A DNA stretch of 64,000 nt from the human T2T-CHM13v2.0 reference genome, Homo sapiens, in the NCBI RefSeq assembly GCF_009914755.1, contig NC_060930.1. One strand, written 5' to 3'. The notes beneath the pieces are model-generated. The model searched no databases, was not told the DNA's origin, and saw only the letters and a program-made list of their open reading frames with translations. Of this stretch, positions 27,030 to 48,854 are shown piece after piece; within the stretch, counting starts at the first letter, position 1; each line of letters opens with the position of its first letter. The position numbers and the translations under genes were made by a program.

Positions 27030-27603
27030 TGCTGAGGCTTGAGTAGGTAAACAAAGTGGCCAGGAAGCTCGAACTGGGAGGAGCCCACTGCAGCTCAAGG
27101 AGGCCTGCCTCCCTCTGTAGACTCCACCTCTGGGGGCAGGTCATAGCTGAACAAAAGGCAGCAGAAACCTCTGCAGACTTAAATGTCCCTGCCTGATAGT
27201 TTTGAAAAGAGTAGTGGTTCTCCCAGAATGGAGTTTGAGATCTGATAAGGGACAGACTGCCTCCTGAAGTGGGTCCCTGACCCCCAAGTAGCCTAACGGG
27301 GAGGCACTCCCCAGTAGGGGCAGACTGACACCCACACGGCCGGGTACCCCTCTGGGACAAAACTTCCAGAGGAATGATCAGGCAGCAACATTTGCTGTTC
27401 AGCAGTATTCACTGTTCTGCAGCCTCTGCTGCTGATACCCAGGAAAACAGGGTCTGGAGTGGATCTTCAGCAAACTCCAACAGACCTGCAGCTGAAAGTC
27501 CTGACTGTTAGAAGGAAAACTAACAAACAGAAAGGACATCCACACCAAAACCCCATCTGTATGTCACCATCATCAAAGACCAAAGGTAGATAAAACCACA
27601 AAG

Positions 27604-28611
27604 ATGGGGAAAAAACAGAACAGAAAAACAGAAAATTCTATAAATCAGAGTGCCTCTCCTCCTCCAAAGGAACGCAGTTCCTCACCAGCAACAGAACAAA
27701 GCTGGATGGAGAATAACTTTGACGAGTTGAGAGAAGGCTTCAGATGATCAAACTTCTCTGAGCTAAAGGAGGAAGTTTGAACCCATCGCAAAGAAACTAA
27801 AAACCTTGAAAAAAGATTAGACGAATGGCTAACTATAATAACCAACACAGAGAAGTCCTTAAAGGACCTGATGGAGCTGAAAACCATGGCACGAGAACTA
27901 TGTGACGAATGCACAGGCTTCAGTAGCCGATTCGATCACCTGGAAGAAAGGGTATCAGTGATTGAAGATCAAATGAATGAAATGAAGTGAGAAGAGAAGT
28001 TTAGAGAAAAAAGAGTAAAAAGAAATGAACAAAGCCTCCAAGAAATATGGGACTTTGTGAAAAGACCAAATGTACGTCTGATTGGTGTACCTGAAAGTGA
28101 CGAGGAGAATGGAACCAAGTTGGAAAACACTCTGCAGGATATTATCCAGGAGAACTTCCCCAACCTAGCAAGGCAGGCCAACATTCAAATTCGGGAAATA
28201 CAGAGAACTCCACAAAGATACTCCTCGAAAAGAGCAACTCCAAGACACATACTTGTCAGATTCACCAAAGTTGAAATGAAGGAAAAAACGTTAAGGGCAG
28301 CCAGAGAGAAAGGCTGGGTTACCCACAAAGGGAAGACCATCAGACTAACAGCAGATCTCTTGGCAGAAACTGCCAGAAGAGAGTGCGGGCCAATATTCAA
28401 CATTCTTAAAGAAAAGAATTTTCAACCCAGAATTTCATATCCAGCCAAACTAAGCCTCATAAGTGAAAGAGAAATAAAATCCTTTACAGACAAACAAACG
28501 CTGGGAGATTTTGTCACCACCAGGCCTGCCCTAAAAGAGCTCCTGAAGGAAGCACTAAACATGGAAAAGAACAACTGGTACAAGCCACTGCAAAACCATA
28601 CCAAATTGTAA
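27604..28611 (+). pseudogene. L1 ORF1 (disrupted)
   Basis: ATG GGG AAA AAA CAG at 27604; premature TGA codons (e.g. 27778-27780); C-terminal part in ORF track 28057..28611. Confidence 0.92.
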
Positions 28612-28673
28612 AGACCATCGATGCTAGGAAGAAACTGCATCAACTAATGAGAAAATAACCAGCTAACATCATA

Positions 28674-32484
<3,811 letters not shown>

Positions 32485-33195
32485 ACAATGAGAACACTTG
32501 GACACAGGAAGGGGAACATCACACACTGGGGCCTGTTGTGTGGTGGGGGGAGGGGGGAGGGACAGCATTAGGAGATATACCTAATGTAAATGATGAGTTA
32601 ATGGGTGCAGCACACCAACAAGTCACCTGTGTACATATGTAACAAACCTGCACGTTGTGCACATGTACCCTAGAACTTAAAGTATAATAAAAATTATATA
32701 TATAAAATAAAATAAAAGAAAAGAAGTCAACTATGTCAAGTAATATACATGAATAAAATATAAATTATATAATTTTTTTCAAGGAATAAAATATTAAATA
32801 ATCCACTCTTAGTTATAATTTTTAAGTTCATTCTGAAGCTGGTGTTCTGTTAATTATGGTAGGGCTGATTTCCTTGTTGATACCTAGATACATCTTGGGA
32901 ACATTTCAGGACTCCAAGGCTAGAAGAAAAATCTTTAAAAGCTTCCAGATAGAAAAAATAAGTTATTTGATTTTCTTAAAAATGATTTTTTGACGATGTC
33001 AGTTATCTTTTCTAAAATTTAACTTTTTACAACATTCTATAATGAGACATTAACTTGATTTTTTAAAAATAGCAAATACATGATAAATATTTAAATTGAG
33101 TGTGGACTAAATATGAAGTGTGTGTGTGTGCACCTGTGTGCTTGTTACTGACATGAATTCCAACTACCAAAGAAAGGAGAGTCAAAGACTGATGT

Positions 33196-33201
33196 TTTAT
33201 T
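33196..33201 (-). terminator. RHAG: Likely RHAG poly(A) signal AATAAA (3' UTR about 33180-33832)
   Basis: tttatt on + strand, ~630 nt after the stop; the cleavage site is inferred, not observed. Confidence 0.65.
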
Positions 33202-33832
33202 TTATAACAATATTTAATTATTGGACATTTTATGCAAAATAGACTTTGATCAGATAGCATTTGAGCTCGTTGCAAATAGTCAACATGCAAAAGGAATTAA
33301 GAATAATATTCATGCAAGGATACAACATTACTAACTAGACTATTTTTAAAATAAAAAGCACTACCTAAAATCATCATATTACTACTTTACACACATGCAT
33401 TTCTTTAATTATTTTTTTACATAGATTTCTCACATCTATTCTTGCTTCATGGGTTTCAGTTTTATAATTTTTGGGATTGAAGACATAGTGTCTACATTAA
33501 GAAACTGACATGTTTACTCTGTATTTACTCACTGCCAAAAGCTTTTTGGGAATCCTGGAGAAGATCTATTTGATTATCTGTTTTATGAGTAACATCCCCT
33601 CAATTAATCATTGAAGAGCAAGAGACAGCATCAGACATAAGGACATTTTTACACTGGCCATTTGGGACTTAGGATCTATTCACTCTGGTCCATACTCTCT
33701 TTGGTTACTCCCTTTTTGTTTATTTGGACTTGATTCTGGATAATGGGAAAGGAAGCTGGAGAGCAGGAATGGTGTTTAGACTTCAGGTTCCAGCTGGCTG
33801 TGGTCACCATGTCCATGGAACTGATTGTCAAG

Positions 33833-33850
33833 TTATCTCGTCTTAGGGAC
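33833..33850 (-). CDS. RHAG: RHAG exon 10 coding part (VPKTR-stop)
   Basis: aaag|GTC CCT AAG ACG AGA TAA; matches the RhAG C-terminus and closes the frame. Confidence 0.95.
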   Translation of the reverse strand, partial: VPKTR

Positions 33851-34780
33851 CTTTAAAAAAACAAGTTTGAGGGCACTTAATAGTTTATTTCACTGTTCTT
33901 GTCAGAAATTAGTATTGAAACAAAAATATTTTTGGTAATTATTATTCAAGCTTGGAAAGAACTGGGAATAAAAATTGTTTGAGTTGAAGAAAAATAAAAG
34001 AATAAAACATTTATCTCACCCACCCTGACTACATTCCCGCTTTTCCAAACTCATTCTCTCTGAAATTTTGCTGAAAACACCCAAACATCTATCCCTCTCA
34101 AGCTTTGCGGGAAATAATTTGGGAAAAAGTATCAATAGAGTAAAGAGAAACTGGAGGATAGAAAGAGGCTGATGTTTCGTTATTCATAGGACCTCTTGAT
34201 GTGTACTCACTCAAATTCTTCAACCTTATATATTTCACTTGCTTTTGACTACTTTTATGTATAGCATAGTTTAAAATTATGTTAAATTTCTTTTGTTTTT
34301 TGTTTTTAACCAAATAAACCTGTGGACTATATATGGTATAAAATCTCACACTATTTCTGAGAATTCATATTATTTTTACGAATAGCTTTTTATGGCTCTC
34401 AGAGGAGTGAAACAACATTTACTAACTAAATTCTTTTCTTTCTGTCTTTCTGTCTTTCTGTCTGTCTTTCTTTCTCTTTCCTTCTGCTTTAGAAAATACC
34501 ATAACTTCTGATTTTATCTGGCTGGGCACATCATCTCAATTTCTTTCTATAAATAGGTAGTTCATTCAGTTTCTTTTCATTTATTTATTTTTCTTTTACA
34601 CTTGACATCCCATTGAAAGAAAAATTTTAAATTTATTATTTATAATTTTTGTAGAGAGTTTCCCAGGCTGGACCCAAACTCCTGGCATCAAACAATCCTC
34701 CAGCCTCAGCCGCCCAACGTGCTGAGATTACATGTGTGAGCTACCTACCATGCCAGGCTAACTCAATTTCATCACACCTA

Positions 34781-35008
<228 letters not shown>

Positions 35009-35155
35009 TTATATACTATTATAAAATCATCCCCTTTAAATGACATAATTACTTTACTGCCAGAAGTTTAGAACATTTTTGAATTTAGCAATTGACTTGC
35101 TCATTAATTATCTATTGTAAATAATCTGAGAGCATAAGATACAGGGAAGTGTTCA

Positions 35156-35263
<108 letters not shown>

Positions 35264-36410
35264 TCAGTGTCTTTCCTGGATCTCAGCCAAAGAAAGTCTC
35301 ACTCACTGAGGGTGTGGATGACTGCCATCTTCAGGCCAGAGTGTAACATTACACAGCAGCAAATTAAGCATTTGTTACAATTTTTCTTTCATATTCTTAT
35401 TTTCTTTGAAACTCTTGAGCAGTGTTAGAAAATTCTGAGATACACCTTAAAGAAGAGAATCATCTTTTCATGTAAACTTTGGAAATAAGACTTTCCTTAG
35501 GGAGGGTTTAGCACTCTCAAAAAATTGATACCTGATCTGATTCATTTAATAAATATTGAGTATCTACTCTCTGTCAGTTTCTTTTCTAGGAACAGAGGAT
35601 AGAGTAATACATAAAACAACATGAGCTACTAAAGCTAATTTCAGCATATATTGTAGAGATAGCTCATTGAAGATATTCAAGTATATCTCTATATGTCATC
35701 TTAGAAGTCATTGCCTTAAACTGAAATTAGTAAAAAATACTTTGTAATTTTGAGAATGAAAGAATGTGATAAAAGGCCATTGAAGTGCATAAAGGTGTTA
35801 TATGAATGACAAATGACCTGGGAATGTGGGGATCTTCTTAGCACAGCAGCTTACTCATAGCAGACAATAAAGAGTTGTTGAAAGACTGAATGAGTGACTC
35901 CAATGAATAAAACAATTGGAAAATAAGAGTTTTTTTGGTCTTCCAGTCTCATCATCCAAGGGAAAGGATGCACTAAACTCAGATTCCTTTTTTTTTCTCC
36001 TTATCTGAAGGGTTTACATATTTTAATATATAAAAAAACTGCACAAGTAACATATCATTGTGAAAACATTAGAAACTGCAGATAACAAAAAGAAGCAGAA
36101 AAGTTTAATATCCCTCAGATTGTATCAGAATAAAAATGTAAAATAAAAACATGTATTTTTATTAAAATGCAATCTTACTATATTACTTATTTTCACATTA
36201 AATATGTTTTAGGGATCCGTTTATGTGAGTCAGTGTAGATCTGGACCATAGTTTGAATTGTGCAAAGTATTGGTTGCTTCCAGTGTTTCATATTTTTAAA
36301 AATGCTGTGAGAACATCTCCTCTGAACATGCTTATGAACTTGTCTGATTATTTTCCTAATATAAAACCTATCTAGAAATGAGAATATTAGTAAAAGGCTA
36401 CATATACCTC

Positions 36411-36696
<286 letters not shown>

Positions 36697-37898
36697 TATA
36701 TACTTCTTAAGAACTTTTCCAAATAGAAAATTGTACAATTTATATTCCAATTTTTTACTTTAGCCATTATTCAGTATTATTATTATTATTAATTCATTCA
36801 TGCTTTATCGCTTTGATAAGTGAAAAACTGGTAGCTTGTTTTAATTTGCATTTCTTTGATTATGAGTGAAGTTGAGTATTTTATATATACTTATTTGATT
36901 TTCTTCTTTTGTAAATTTCCTGTTAATTTTATAGGAATTTGCCAAGATCTTTTACAAGGTCTTAAAAGATATTTTTGATAACAAGTGTTCTGTGATCAAA
37001 TAAACTTGGAAAACACTGATTTATACAAAATTAACAGCATTACTAGAGTTATGCTGCTATAATTTGCAAAAACATCCCTTAAGAATATTAACTTTCCCTT
37101 GTTCTATGCTTACCAAAAACCTAATTTGCATTTTAATATTCTGAATAGACACATGTAAGTAGTTTGGTTCTCAGGCAGTATTTTATTTGGTGTGAGATAT
37201 GTAAATTTTACCGAAGTGAATGCACCTTCAAGGCTTGCCCCCCTTCCCCTCTTCTGATATTCCTCTGCCTCCTACCCCCACCAACGAATAAATTGAGATG
37301 TTTCTAAACCTGCATTCCCAAGGACCAGACCCTCAACCATGAGACTTAACCAATGTCTGACCTCCCAGTGAGGCCTCCCTTTTGAGAGCCAGATAGACGT
37401 GTTTTATTGCATCTGTGAAACTGTTCTAGGCATGATGCTCAAGAATTCTTAATCATAGGCACCTCTTAGGGTGTTTGCACAGTGTATGCACACTCCAACA
37501 CTGAGGAGTTGAGCTCATTCATACAGGCTTTTATCATGCTTAATTTGCATTAAAATATTTTAGTGTTTGATCTCTACAGTCTCAGGAACTGAAAAAGATG
37601 TGCATATTCTGGAGCTGTCTTCTAAATTTGCAAAAAGGGTTAAAAAATACAGAAGAAATGTGTCAACTGTACACATGAAGAAGGAAGCAAACTACTTAGT
37701 AGGAAATATGATTAAATGCGTTTTTCAAGTATTTATTATTATTGATCTCAACAGGGTTAAATTTTAATCTGCTAAAACTGAAGATAAGATTTTTCTTTTT
37801 AAATTATGCACCTCTAGTTAGTGATCATTCAGACATTTCTAGACACACATTTCCCTCTTCTTCATGCTTTCAATTGGATTTAAAAATTGAGCATTCTG

Positions 37899-38263
37899 CT
37901 ATGCAGCCATAAAAAAAAATGAGTTAATGTCCTTTGCAGGGACATGGATGAAGCTGGAAACCATCATTCTCAGCACACTAACACGGGAACAGAAAACCAA
38001 ACACCGCATGTTCTCACTTATAAGTGGGAGTTGAACAGTGAGAACACATGGACACAGGGAGGAGAACATCACACAGCCGGACCTGATGGGGGGTGGGGTA
38101 CAAGGGGAGGGAGAGCATTAGGACAAATACCTAATGCACACGGGGCTTAAAACCTAGATGACTGGCTGATGGGTGCAGCAAACCACCAAGATACATGTAT
38201 ACCTATGTAATAAACCTGCACATTCTGCACATGTATCCAGAACTTAAAGTACACACAATTTAA
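37899..38263 (+). mobile_element. 5'-truncated L1 (L1PA7/8-like 3' end) in RHAG intron 7
   Basis: L1 ORF2 end plus 3'UTR; 17-bp TSD AAAAATTGAGCATTCTG at 37882-37898 and 38264-38280. Confidence 0.92.
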
Positions 38264-39042
38264 AAAAATTGAGCATTCTGATTTTTCTTAATTTACTCTG
38301 TGTGATCTGGACTCTATGATCTTCTCAGCTTTTTCACATGGATGACATTCATACCAAATTGTTCCAATATTGTGGCATCCCTTCCATTCTCTGGGGTTTG
38401 CTTGATAGTTGTTTTTCCTCTGGTCATTTAAGTAAACATTTATACCCAACTTAGGGAAGAATCTACATCTGATAGAGCTAGAAGGGATTTTGGAGAATAA
38501 ATACTCCAATCTTCTTATTTTACAGAGGAGAAGACTGAAAACCAGAAATGCTGAGTGATACCTCAGAGGTCACATAACTAGTTAGTAGCAGAGTTGGGGC
38601 CATATACCAGTGTTGTTGATTCTGCAGAACCAACTGCTTTCTGTATTATTCCAACTCATCCTTCTTTGTGTGGATTGGATGGAACTGACTGTTCAGCTCA
38701 TCATATGTGCCTCCTCCTCCATTTTGGAGAGATCAAGAAAAAGACTAATCCTTCTATAATCTGACTGTGATTATCAAATTTCCCTGTCTGCTAGGAGACA
38801 GTTGTTTCTGGTAAAGACATTTAAAATAACACTGTTAATTTTTTTAAATTAACAATTTCAGTTAAAATGCCTCTTCCAATATAATTTTATTCTAATGATC
38901 TTCTCTCAGGCGCGTCTCTTTGGCTCCAGTAAAGACAATACAAACCATGGCCAGAACAGCTAAAATGAAAACTCTCCCATTTCTCAGAGTGAGAGAAAAC
39001 ATCATGGGACCACAGGGGCTGAAAAACCCATTCTTTTACTCA

Positions 39043-39165
<123 letters not shown>

Positions 39166-39753
39166 CTAAAATTATAAAAGGAAGAAGGTTTATTATTTAG
39201 TTAAACATATAGAACTCTAGAACTGAAACAGAGCTATAGCTGGGCTCTATTCTTCCATGGAGAAAAAGTATTTTATAAATAATTTTTATGTATATTTAAG
39301 GTATACAACATGATGTTATGAGATACATATAGAGAGAAAAAGGTCATATAGTGAAGAATATTAACGTCTCCAACATCTTACATAGTTACTTTTATTGTTG
39401 TTTTTTTGTGTTAAGAGTAGCTAAAAATCTCCTCATTTAGAATAAATTCTATGTACAGATATATAGTACAATTTTACTACCTATAATCCTCATGCTGTGC
39501 ATTAGCGCTCTAGGCATATTCCTCCTGTATTCCTGCTACTTTGCATTCTCTGAACTACATCTCCCCATTTCCTTCTCCACCCAGAAGAAATTTTACGTAG
39601 AGCACAGTTCTCCATCCATATCTGAAGTCCACTTAAAGTTAAAGGATTTGAATATATAGTTGTGGCAAAACTGCCCATTTCAGTCTTTAGTGGATGGGTT
39701 TGAAAGGAATCATTTCACATTCTACTCCTTCTCACCTACTGATGACATCCTAA

Positions 39754-40075
<322 letters not shown>

Positions 40076-40416
40076 TAAATCTCTTAAAAGAGCAGAGTCC
40101 TTAATTACATAAGACAAATAACAACAACAACTTCAATGGAGCAGTCCCAAAGGAAAGTAATGGCCATGTACTTAACATTTAATTCAAACTAAATTATAAA
40201 TAATTGATACTGGATTCTTTCCTGTTACACAGAAGTCAGGGCAGAGTAGAACCACTGAACCACTGAAATGGGAGTGGTATTTCCAAAAAGAAGGCAAATG
40301 GTCTCCAAATAAAAATGTTTATAAAATAAAACTTAGTAGCTTTTTTTCTGCTGGTGGGACATGTGAGAAAAAAGGTGCAGATTCAGAGTTTGACTCAGAA
40401 CATCTGCTGTACTTAC

Positions 40417-40554
40417 AGTCAGGAACTTGTATCCAAGCACAGAGACCATTCCTGCAATGCTCCCAATAATCATAGAACCAAATGGGTGAATTGCCATATC
40501 CGCACAAGTGCCCACAGCAACTCCTCCAGCAAGGGTGGCATTCTGAATGTGAAC
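40417..40554 (-). CDS. RHAG: RHAG exon 6
   Basis: acacag|GTT ... ACT|gtaagt; 138 bp; [46 protein letters not shown]. Confidence 0.98.
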
Positions 40555-41057
40555 CTGTGTGAGCGGCAGAAACATAAATGAGGTGAGCTGGATGATGGAG
40601 AATTCAGAAGGATCAGAGGATTCTAGAGTTCAAGAGACCCACATCACATTCTTCAGTTGAAAGGGCTATTGGTTCTTTTTTAAAAAGAGGTTTGTTTGGA
40701 TTTATAGAAGGCCTTTCTTTCAAGAAGTTGACATTTGGTATCTTTCTTGCCGGTCCCTTGGTAGTGAATGAGTAATCAGCTTAACTCTTTAAGGCCAGTG
40801 GTGGAAGACATTTGAGAAAATCAAAAGATGTTGTAGTGGGAGGGTAGGAGTGTTTAGAGCAAATATTCTCGCAATGTTTTTTCTATTTATGCAGTTTTCG
40901 GAACACATTTGTGGTTATCATGAACCAAAAGATGACTATGGCCACCGTGTGTTTTGTAGTCTATGATATTCTAATATTCAAAGAGGAAATGTAGAGACAT
41001 TGAAATGTACACATTACATATGAAAGACAATAGTTTTTGCAAATGTCACTGGATTGA

Positions 41058-41474
<417 letters not shown>

Positions 41475-42201
41475 TAAAAGAGAAACACTGAACTGTGCGA
41501 TTTTTCCTTTTCATTGTTTTTAATGACCTCTCATGAGACAATTTGTGGAGAAATAAGATATATGTCCTCAGCAATGCTTAAAAAATAAATTACAATAGCA
41601 TTTTCCTCCCCACTCCACCCCACCTGCCCCACCCAGCTAGAAGGGTAGACTGGCTGATCTGAGGGTTACTCCTTTACTGGTGTTTCTCTAGCTCATAGGC
41701 AAGAAACTCAAGAGACCAATTTGGGGGAATTTAAAAAATATTTTATTTTGAACTAATTGCAGACACATAAAAGTTGTAAAAATGCTACAGAATGTTTCCA
41801 TATGTCCCTCATCCAGTTTCTCAAATAAGATGTTAATCTTACATAACCATGGAATCGAAATTAGCATTGATAAAATACTATTAAAGACATTTGAATTTCA
41901 CCATTATTCCTACTGAAATTTTTTCTAGTATCCTATTGAAGATCCCACATTGCATTTAGTTGTTATTTCTTTGAGAGGAATGTTTGCAGTTGGGAGAATA
42001 GAATCAGTGTGCATCATCCCACTCTCTTTTTCTGCTGTTTGATAAATCTTGTTTCTAAGAAATCTTTTCTCAGAACTTGGGAGCAGTTAACTCTATTATT
42101 AAAGAAATATACCTCAAATCAAAGATTTTTACAAGACTACCTTCATTCTCTACTAGACTGTAAATTCCTTGAGAACATTTTTTAATCTTCCAGGACAAAA
42201 A

Positions 42202-42521
<320 letters not shown>

Positions 42522-42643
42522 CAGGGTACAGATTTGATGAATAAGTGAATTAATGAATAAATGTTGTTGTTTTTAGAACATTCTACAAGGTCTGCTTCTG
42601 ATTTGTCTTGAGAGTTCAGCAGTGATGCAGAAATTACCTACTA

Positions 42644-42898
<255 letters not shown>

Positions 42899-42940
42899 TT
42901 AGTTCTGAATATGGAAGACAGTCCAGAGGATGCAGTTTGC

Positions 42941-43324
<384 letters not shown>

Positions 43325-43632
43325 CTACAGTTAAGAGAAAAGAGGAGAATTGAGCCAGCATAAAGTAGTATGCAAAAGATGCTCATTTTTTCAAAGTTTA
43401 ATTGAATTTATTATTATTATTATTATTTTTTAGAGATGGAGTCTCATTATGTTACCCAGGCTGGACTCAAACTCCTGGGCTCAAGTAATCCCACCTCAGC
43501 CTCCTGAGTAGCTGAGGATACAGTCGTTCACTACCATGCCTGGCTTGGATGTTCTTTTTGAGCATCTCACACCCTTGTTGAAGTTAACCTTCTCTGGTGC
43601 CTTTTCAAATAGATAAGATTCAAGCAAGTTTA

Positions 43633-44004
<372 letters not shown>

Positions 44005-44222
44005 TCAGTTACTTCCTTGCAATGTGACTTTAGACAAATTATTAAACATCTCTGATCTAAGGATTCTGTAAAATGGGGAAATATTACCCACTCTCAACAG
44101 AGTTTGTGGTGAGACTTAGATAAGAACATATTTCTAAAGTGCTAGTTCCCTGGTGGGCACACAAGACATGCAAGGTTGCTTCTCTAGGTGATGGAGATTT
44201 TGAGTGAAATATGTATTGCTCA

Positions 44223-44387
44223 GCCTGGCCTGGTGGTGCACGCCTTGTAGTCCCAGCTACTGGGGAGGCTGAGGCAGGAGAATGACTTGAGCCTAGGAGT
44301 TTGAGGTTACAGTGAGCTATGATTGTCACATTGCATTCCAGCCTAGGTGACAAAGCAAGAACTAATCTCAAACCAAAAAAAAAAAAG
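44223..44387 (+). mobile_element. Alu monomer (FRAM/FAM-like), RHAG intron 3
   Basis: Single Alu arm with A-tail; the only plus-strand Alu I found inside RHAG. Confidence 0.85.
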
Positions 44388-46051
44388 ATACTGCTTGCGA
44401 TACAAAATGAAGATGATATGTTCACTTGAAATTGCAGTTAAAGCTCACTTAATTGTAACTCAAGACTTGAAACTTCAAAAAACCAGAGTTTTTACCCATA
44501 TTTTTTTAATTCTGCTCTATGATGACATGAAAACCAGCTGAGGTCCCAGATTCACTTCAAGAGATTTAGATTCCTCTTTAGGATATGATGTGGTTTTGAC
44601 CCAGTTTTCTACATTTCTTTCCTCTAGAGGGAATACTCAAAGGGTCAAATTGTACTTACAGACAGTAAGATGACACACATCTATTTATGAAAGATTTTCA
44701 AATTTAAGTAAAAAGGGTCTCCTAGTTGTTGTTCCTTTGTTTACTAGACATAGACATACCCAGTCCCCTTGAAGATCCACACTTGGTTGTAATGAGTCAA
44801 ATATCTTCCCAGCATATATGATCTATCTAGCAACCTTTAGCCTCCCAGCAACACTTAGTCCCTTCCCAGCTGGGAAACCTTGCCTTGCTTCACCAGGTGG
44901 CTTCAGGAAGATGGGAGGTGGCTATTAATCATGCTTGGACTTTCCAAATACCATGTGAGTCTGTGCCTATCTTGAAACGCTCACATATTTGCAGGCAAAA
45001 TAACCTTCTCTGTTTTTCCCTTTGGGACCATCAAATAAGTCTTCATTCAGCTAGCACACAGAGTTTACAGAGTCTTTATTAATCTGACCCACTTACTTTG
45101 GTGGTTTCATCTGGTATCGCTCAAGTCCTTTCACCTTACTCTAGAAGTTTTCTTTTAGTTCCTCATCACCAATTCAAGACTGGTTGTTGTTACCTTGGCT
45201 TAAAGAACTTTTCTCCCCATTAGTTACTGGAAAACTTCTAGGTATCTTTTAGGTCCAGCGTAACTGTCACTTACTCAGGGAACCCCTCCTTGATTCTACA
45301 ATCTAATCTTCCAGTTACACTTTCTCATAGACCTACCCTACATATTTTTCATAGCATGTATTGCAATTTATAATAACATTTGTGTGTTTGTGTCTTTGGG
45401 TGGGTGGATGAATGTGTAATTCTTTATTTGGTTTCTGTCTCTCCCACTAGAGTGTAAGCTCTATAAAAACAGGAACTTTCATATTTTGTTTGTCATTGAG
45501 TCCCCAACATCTAGAAAGTTATCAAAAATATTTGCAGTTGAATTAATGTTAATAGAAATACAAACAAAGTAACAAAGTACTAGAATGCCCCTAAATGTTC
45601 TTTATTTATTTATTATTCCTGGGGGGAATCAATGAAATATTTGTGGAGAAAAAAGTTTGACTGAGGCCTTAACAAAAACCACTACAATGTTTTATATGGG
45701 GCTATTCACCTAGTAGTAAAAATATAAAAAAGGAATTCATCATTGATAGGCAAAAGAAGAGTTGAGGAATTAGAAAAATCTGGAGGTGAATTCAGACTCT
45801 CGCAAGCCATTCAGCATCTGTGATAATCAGTTTTTATGGTGTATACATGATAATAAAAATAATACGTACAATGCAGTGTTGTTGTGAAGATGAAATAAGA
45901 TAATGTTTACAAAACTCCTAGTTTACAGTAGGCACTCAGTAAATGATGGTTATTGTTACTATTTGCTACGGTATCACTCTCACCAAGATTTGCTCCCATA
46001 TACCGTAGACACCCATTGTTTTTTTGTAGCCAGAACTGATGCCCAAAGCTA

Positions 46052-46336
<285 letters not shown>

Positions 46337-46812
46337 TCATCATCTCCCACTTCCTTATTCCTCCTCTTTTTGACCAGACACTCTTTAATTGCTCTAATGT
46401 ATATATTTTAACTCACCTTTTATCTCATTTAGGGTTTTCCTTTATATTCTTTGATCTAATAAGTGAATTATTTCCTGGGGTGTGTGTTTACTATTGCACA
46501 ACAAGAATACATGTTTACATTTTAGAAACAATCTGAAAAATAACTAATGGGAAATTTTTGCTCCCTGTAGCTGAGATGGAAGGAATAATACTTTTATGGA
46601 AGAGGGTTTCTCATATCCTCAAAGTCAAACCAGAGAGGTTACAGACATGAATGTATTATCCAGCTCAGTAGAGGAAGGCATTGATTCAGATTTTTGAATT
46701 TAAACAATTTTCTGTTGCATAAGGGAGGCAATTTGCCAGCCAGTACAGTAAATGACAGGGGACTACCAGAGAAACGATTGATTTGAAAATGAAATGGCTG
46801 ATAAATAAAGAA

Positions 46813-47178
46813 TTGTCTTAGTCTGCTTGGACTGCTATAACAAAATACCATAAACTGGGTTGTTTATAAATAACAGAAATCTATTTCTTATGGTTCTGGA
46901 GGCTGGGAAGCCCAAGATCAAGATGCTGACAGACTTGGTGTCTGATGAGGGCTCCCTTTCTGGTTGGTAGATGGTGCCTTCCAGCTGTGTTCTCACACAG
47001 TGGAAGGGGTCAGGAGTCTCCTGTGGACCTCTTTCACAAGGACACTGATCCCATTCATAAACACTCTGCCTTCATGACCTGGTCACCTCCCCAGTCCCCC
47101 ACCTCTTAATATCATCATGTTGGAGGTTAAGAGTGTAATATATGAATTCTGGAGGATGCAAACATTCAGCCCACAGTA
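46813..47178 (-). mobile_element. MLT1A-type MaLR LTR at the start of RHAG intron 2
   Basis: TGTCTTAGTC...GCTATAACAAAATACC...AACATTCAGCCCACAGTA matches reverse-complemented MLT1A. Confidence 0.8.
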
Positions 47179-47188
47179 AGGATGCTCA

Positions 47189-47404
<216 letters not shown>

Positions 47405-48414
47405 TTATGAGAGCATGAAGAAAGTACTGCATCATAGTATACCCCACTTATTAAGTGCTACCACCTTTGTATAACACACTAGGAAAAGAGAGCATTTAAC
47501 TGGGAAGCAAAAGTCTTGTTCCAATGCCAGCTTGACTACTTACTAACCAAGAGACTTTGGCAAGTTATTCAGTGTTGGAGCTTTTTATTGGGAAGACTAT
47601 GCACTATTACAACAGTGTGTCTTTCATCCTGTCCCTGAGAAATTCTACATTGTTTTCCACCTGAGGACAGACTTACAAAGCACAGAGCAAGCATCACCCC
47701 TTCTTGAAGACTTTCCCAATACTCTCAGGAAACAGAATTATTTTCTGTTTTCATTTACATAGCTTTGTGTATATACTTTAGCTTTATCATTGTCATGCTA
47801 TAATAGCATTTATTTAGCATTTGTCACACTGTAATAGTCAATAAGGTGTCCATCTCCTGCACTAGATTGTGAACTTCTTGATTGAAGGGGTTTGGAACCA
47901 TTCATACCTGGCTCTCTTTAACTTGGCATAATAGCTTGCATATCAGAGAAGAAGTAGTACGTTTCTTTGATGGATGAGTCTCCATTTATCAAATATGTAT
48001 AATAGCACCAGCCACGAAAATCTTACCAGATCATTATTTGGGTCAAATGGGATAATTTCTTTGTTAGCACTTTATGAACCATGAAGCATTAATAAACATA
48101 AAGGCTGTATCCTCTTGAGTAACAAATATTCAACTTGGTGTCTGGGGATATGGGCTCAGGTACCTGAGTTCAATCACATGACTGTGTGACCCTGGGCAAG
48201 TCACTTACTCTCTATGAGCTTCAGTGTTTTCATCTGCAACATTGTAAAGGCCCTATTTCACAGAATAATCCAAGTGGGATCACCTGTGTAGGAGGATTTG
48301 CATACGGTAAAGTATTATGCCAATAAAACATATGATCAAATGCAAGATAGTGAAAACATGAGCTCTTCCTTCAAGAAACTGACAGTTAAGTTGGTAAGAC
48401 ATATATATGGATAA

Positions 48415-48854
<440 letters not shown>

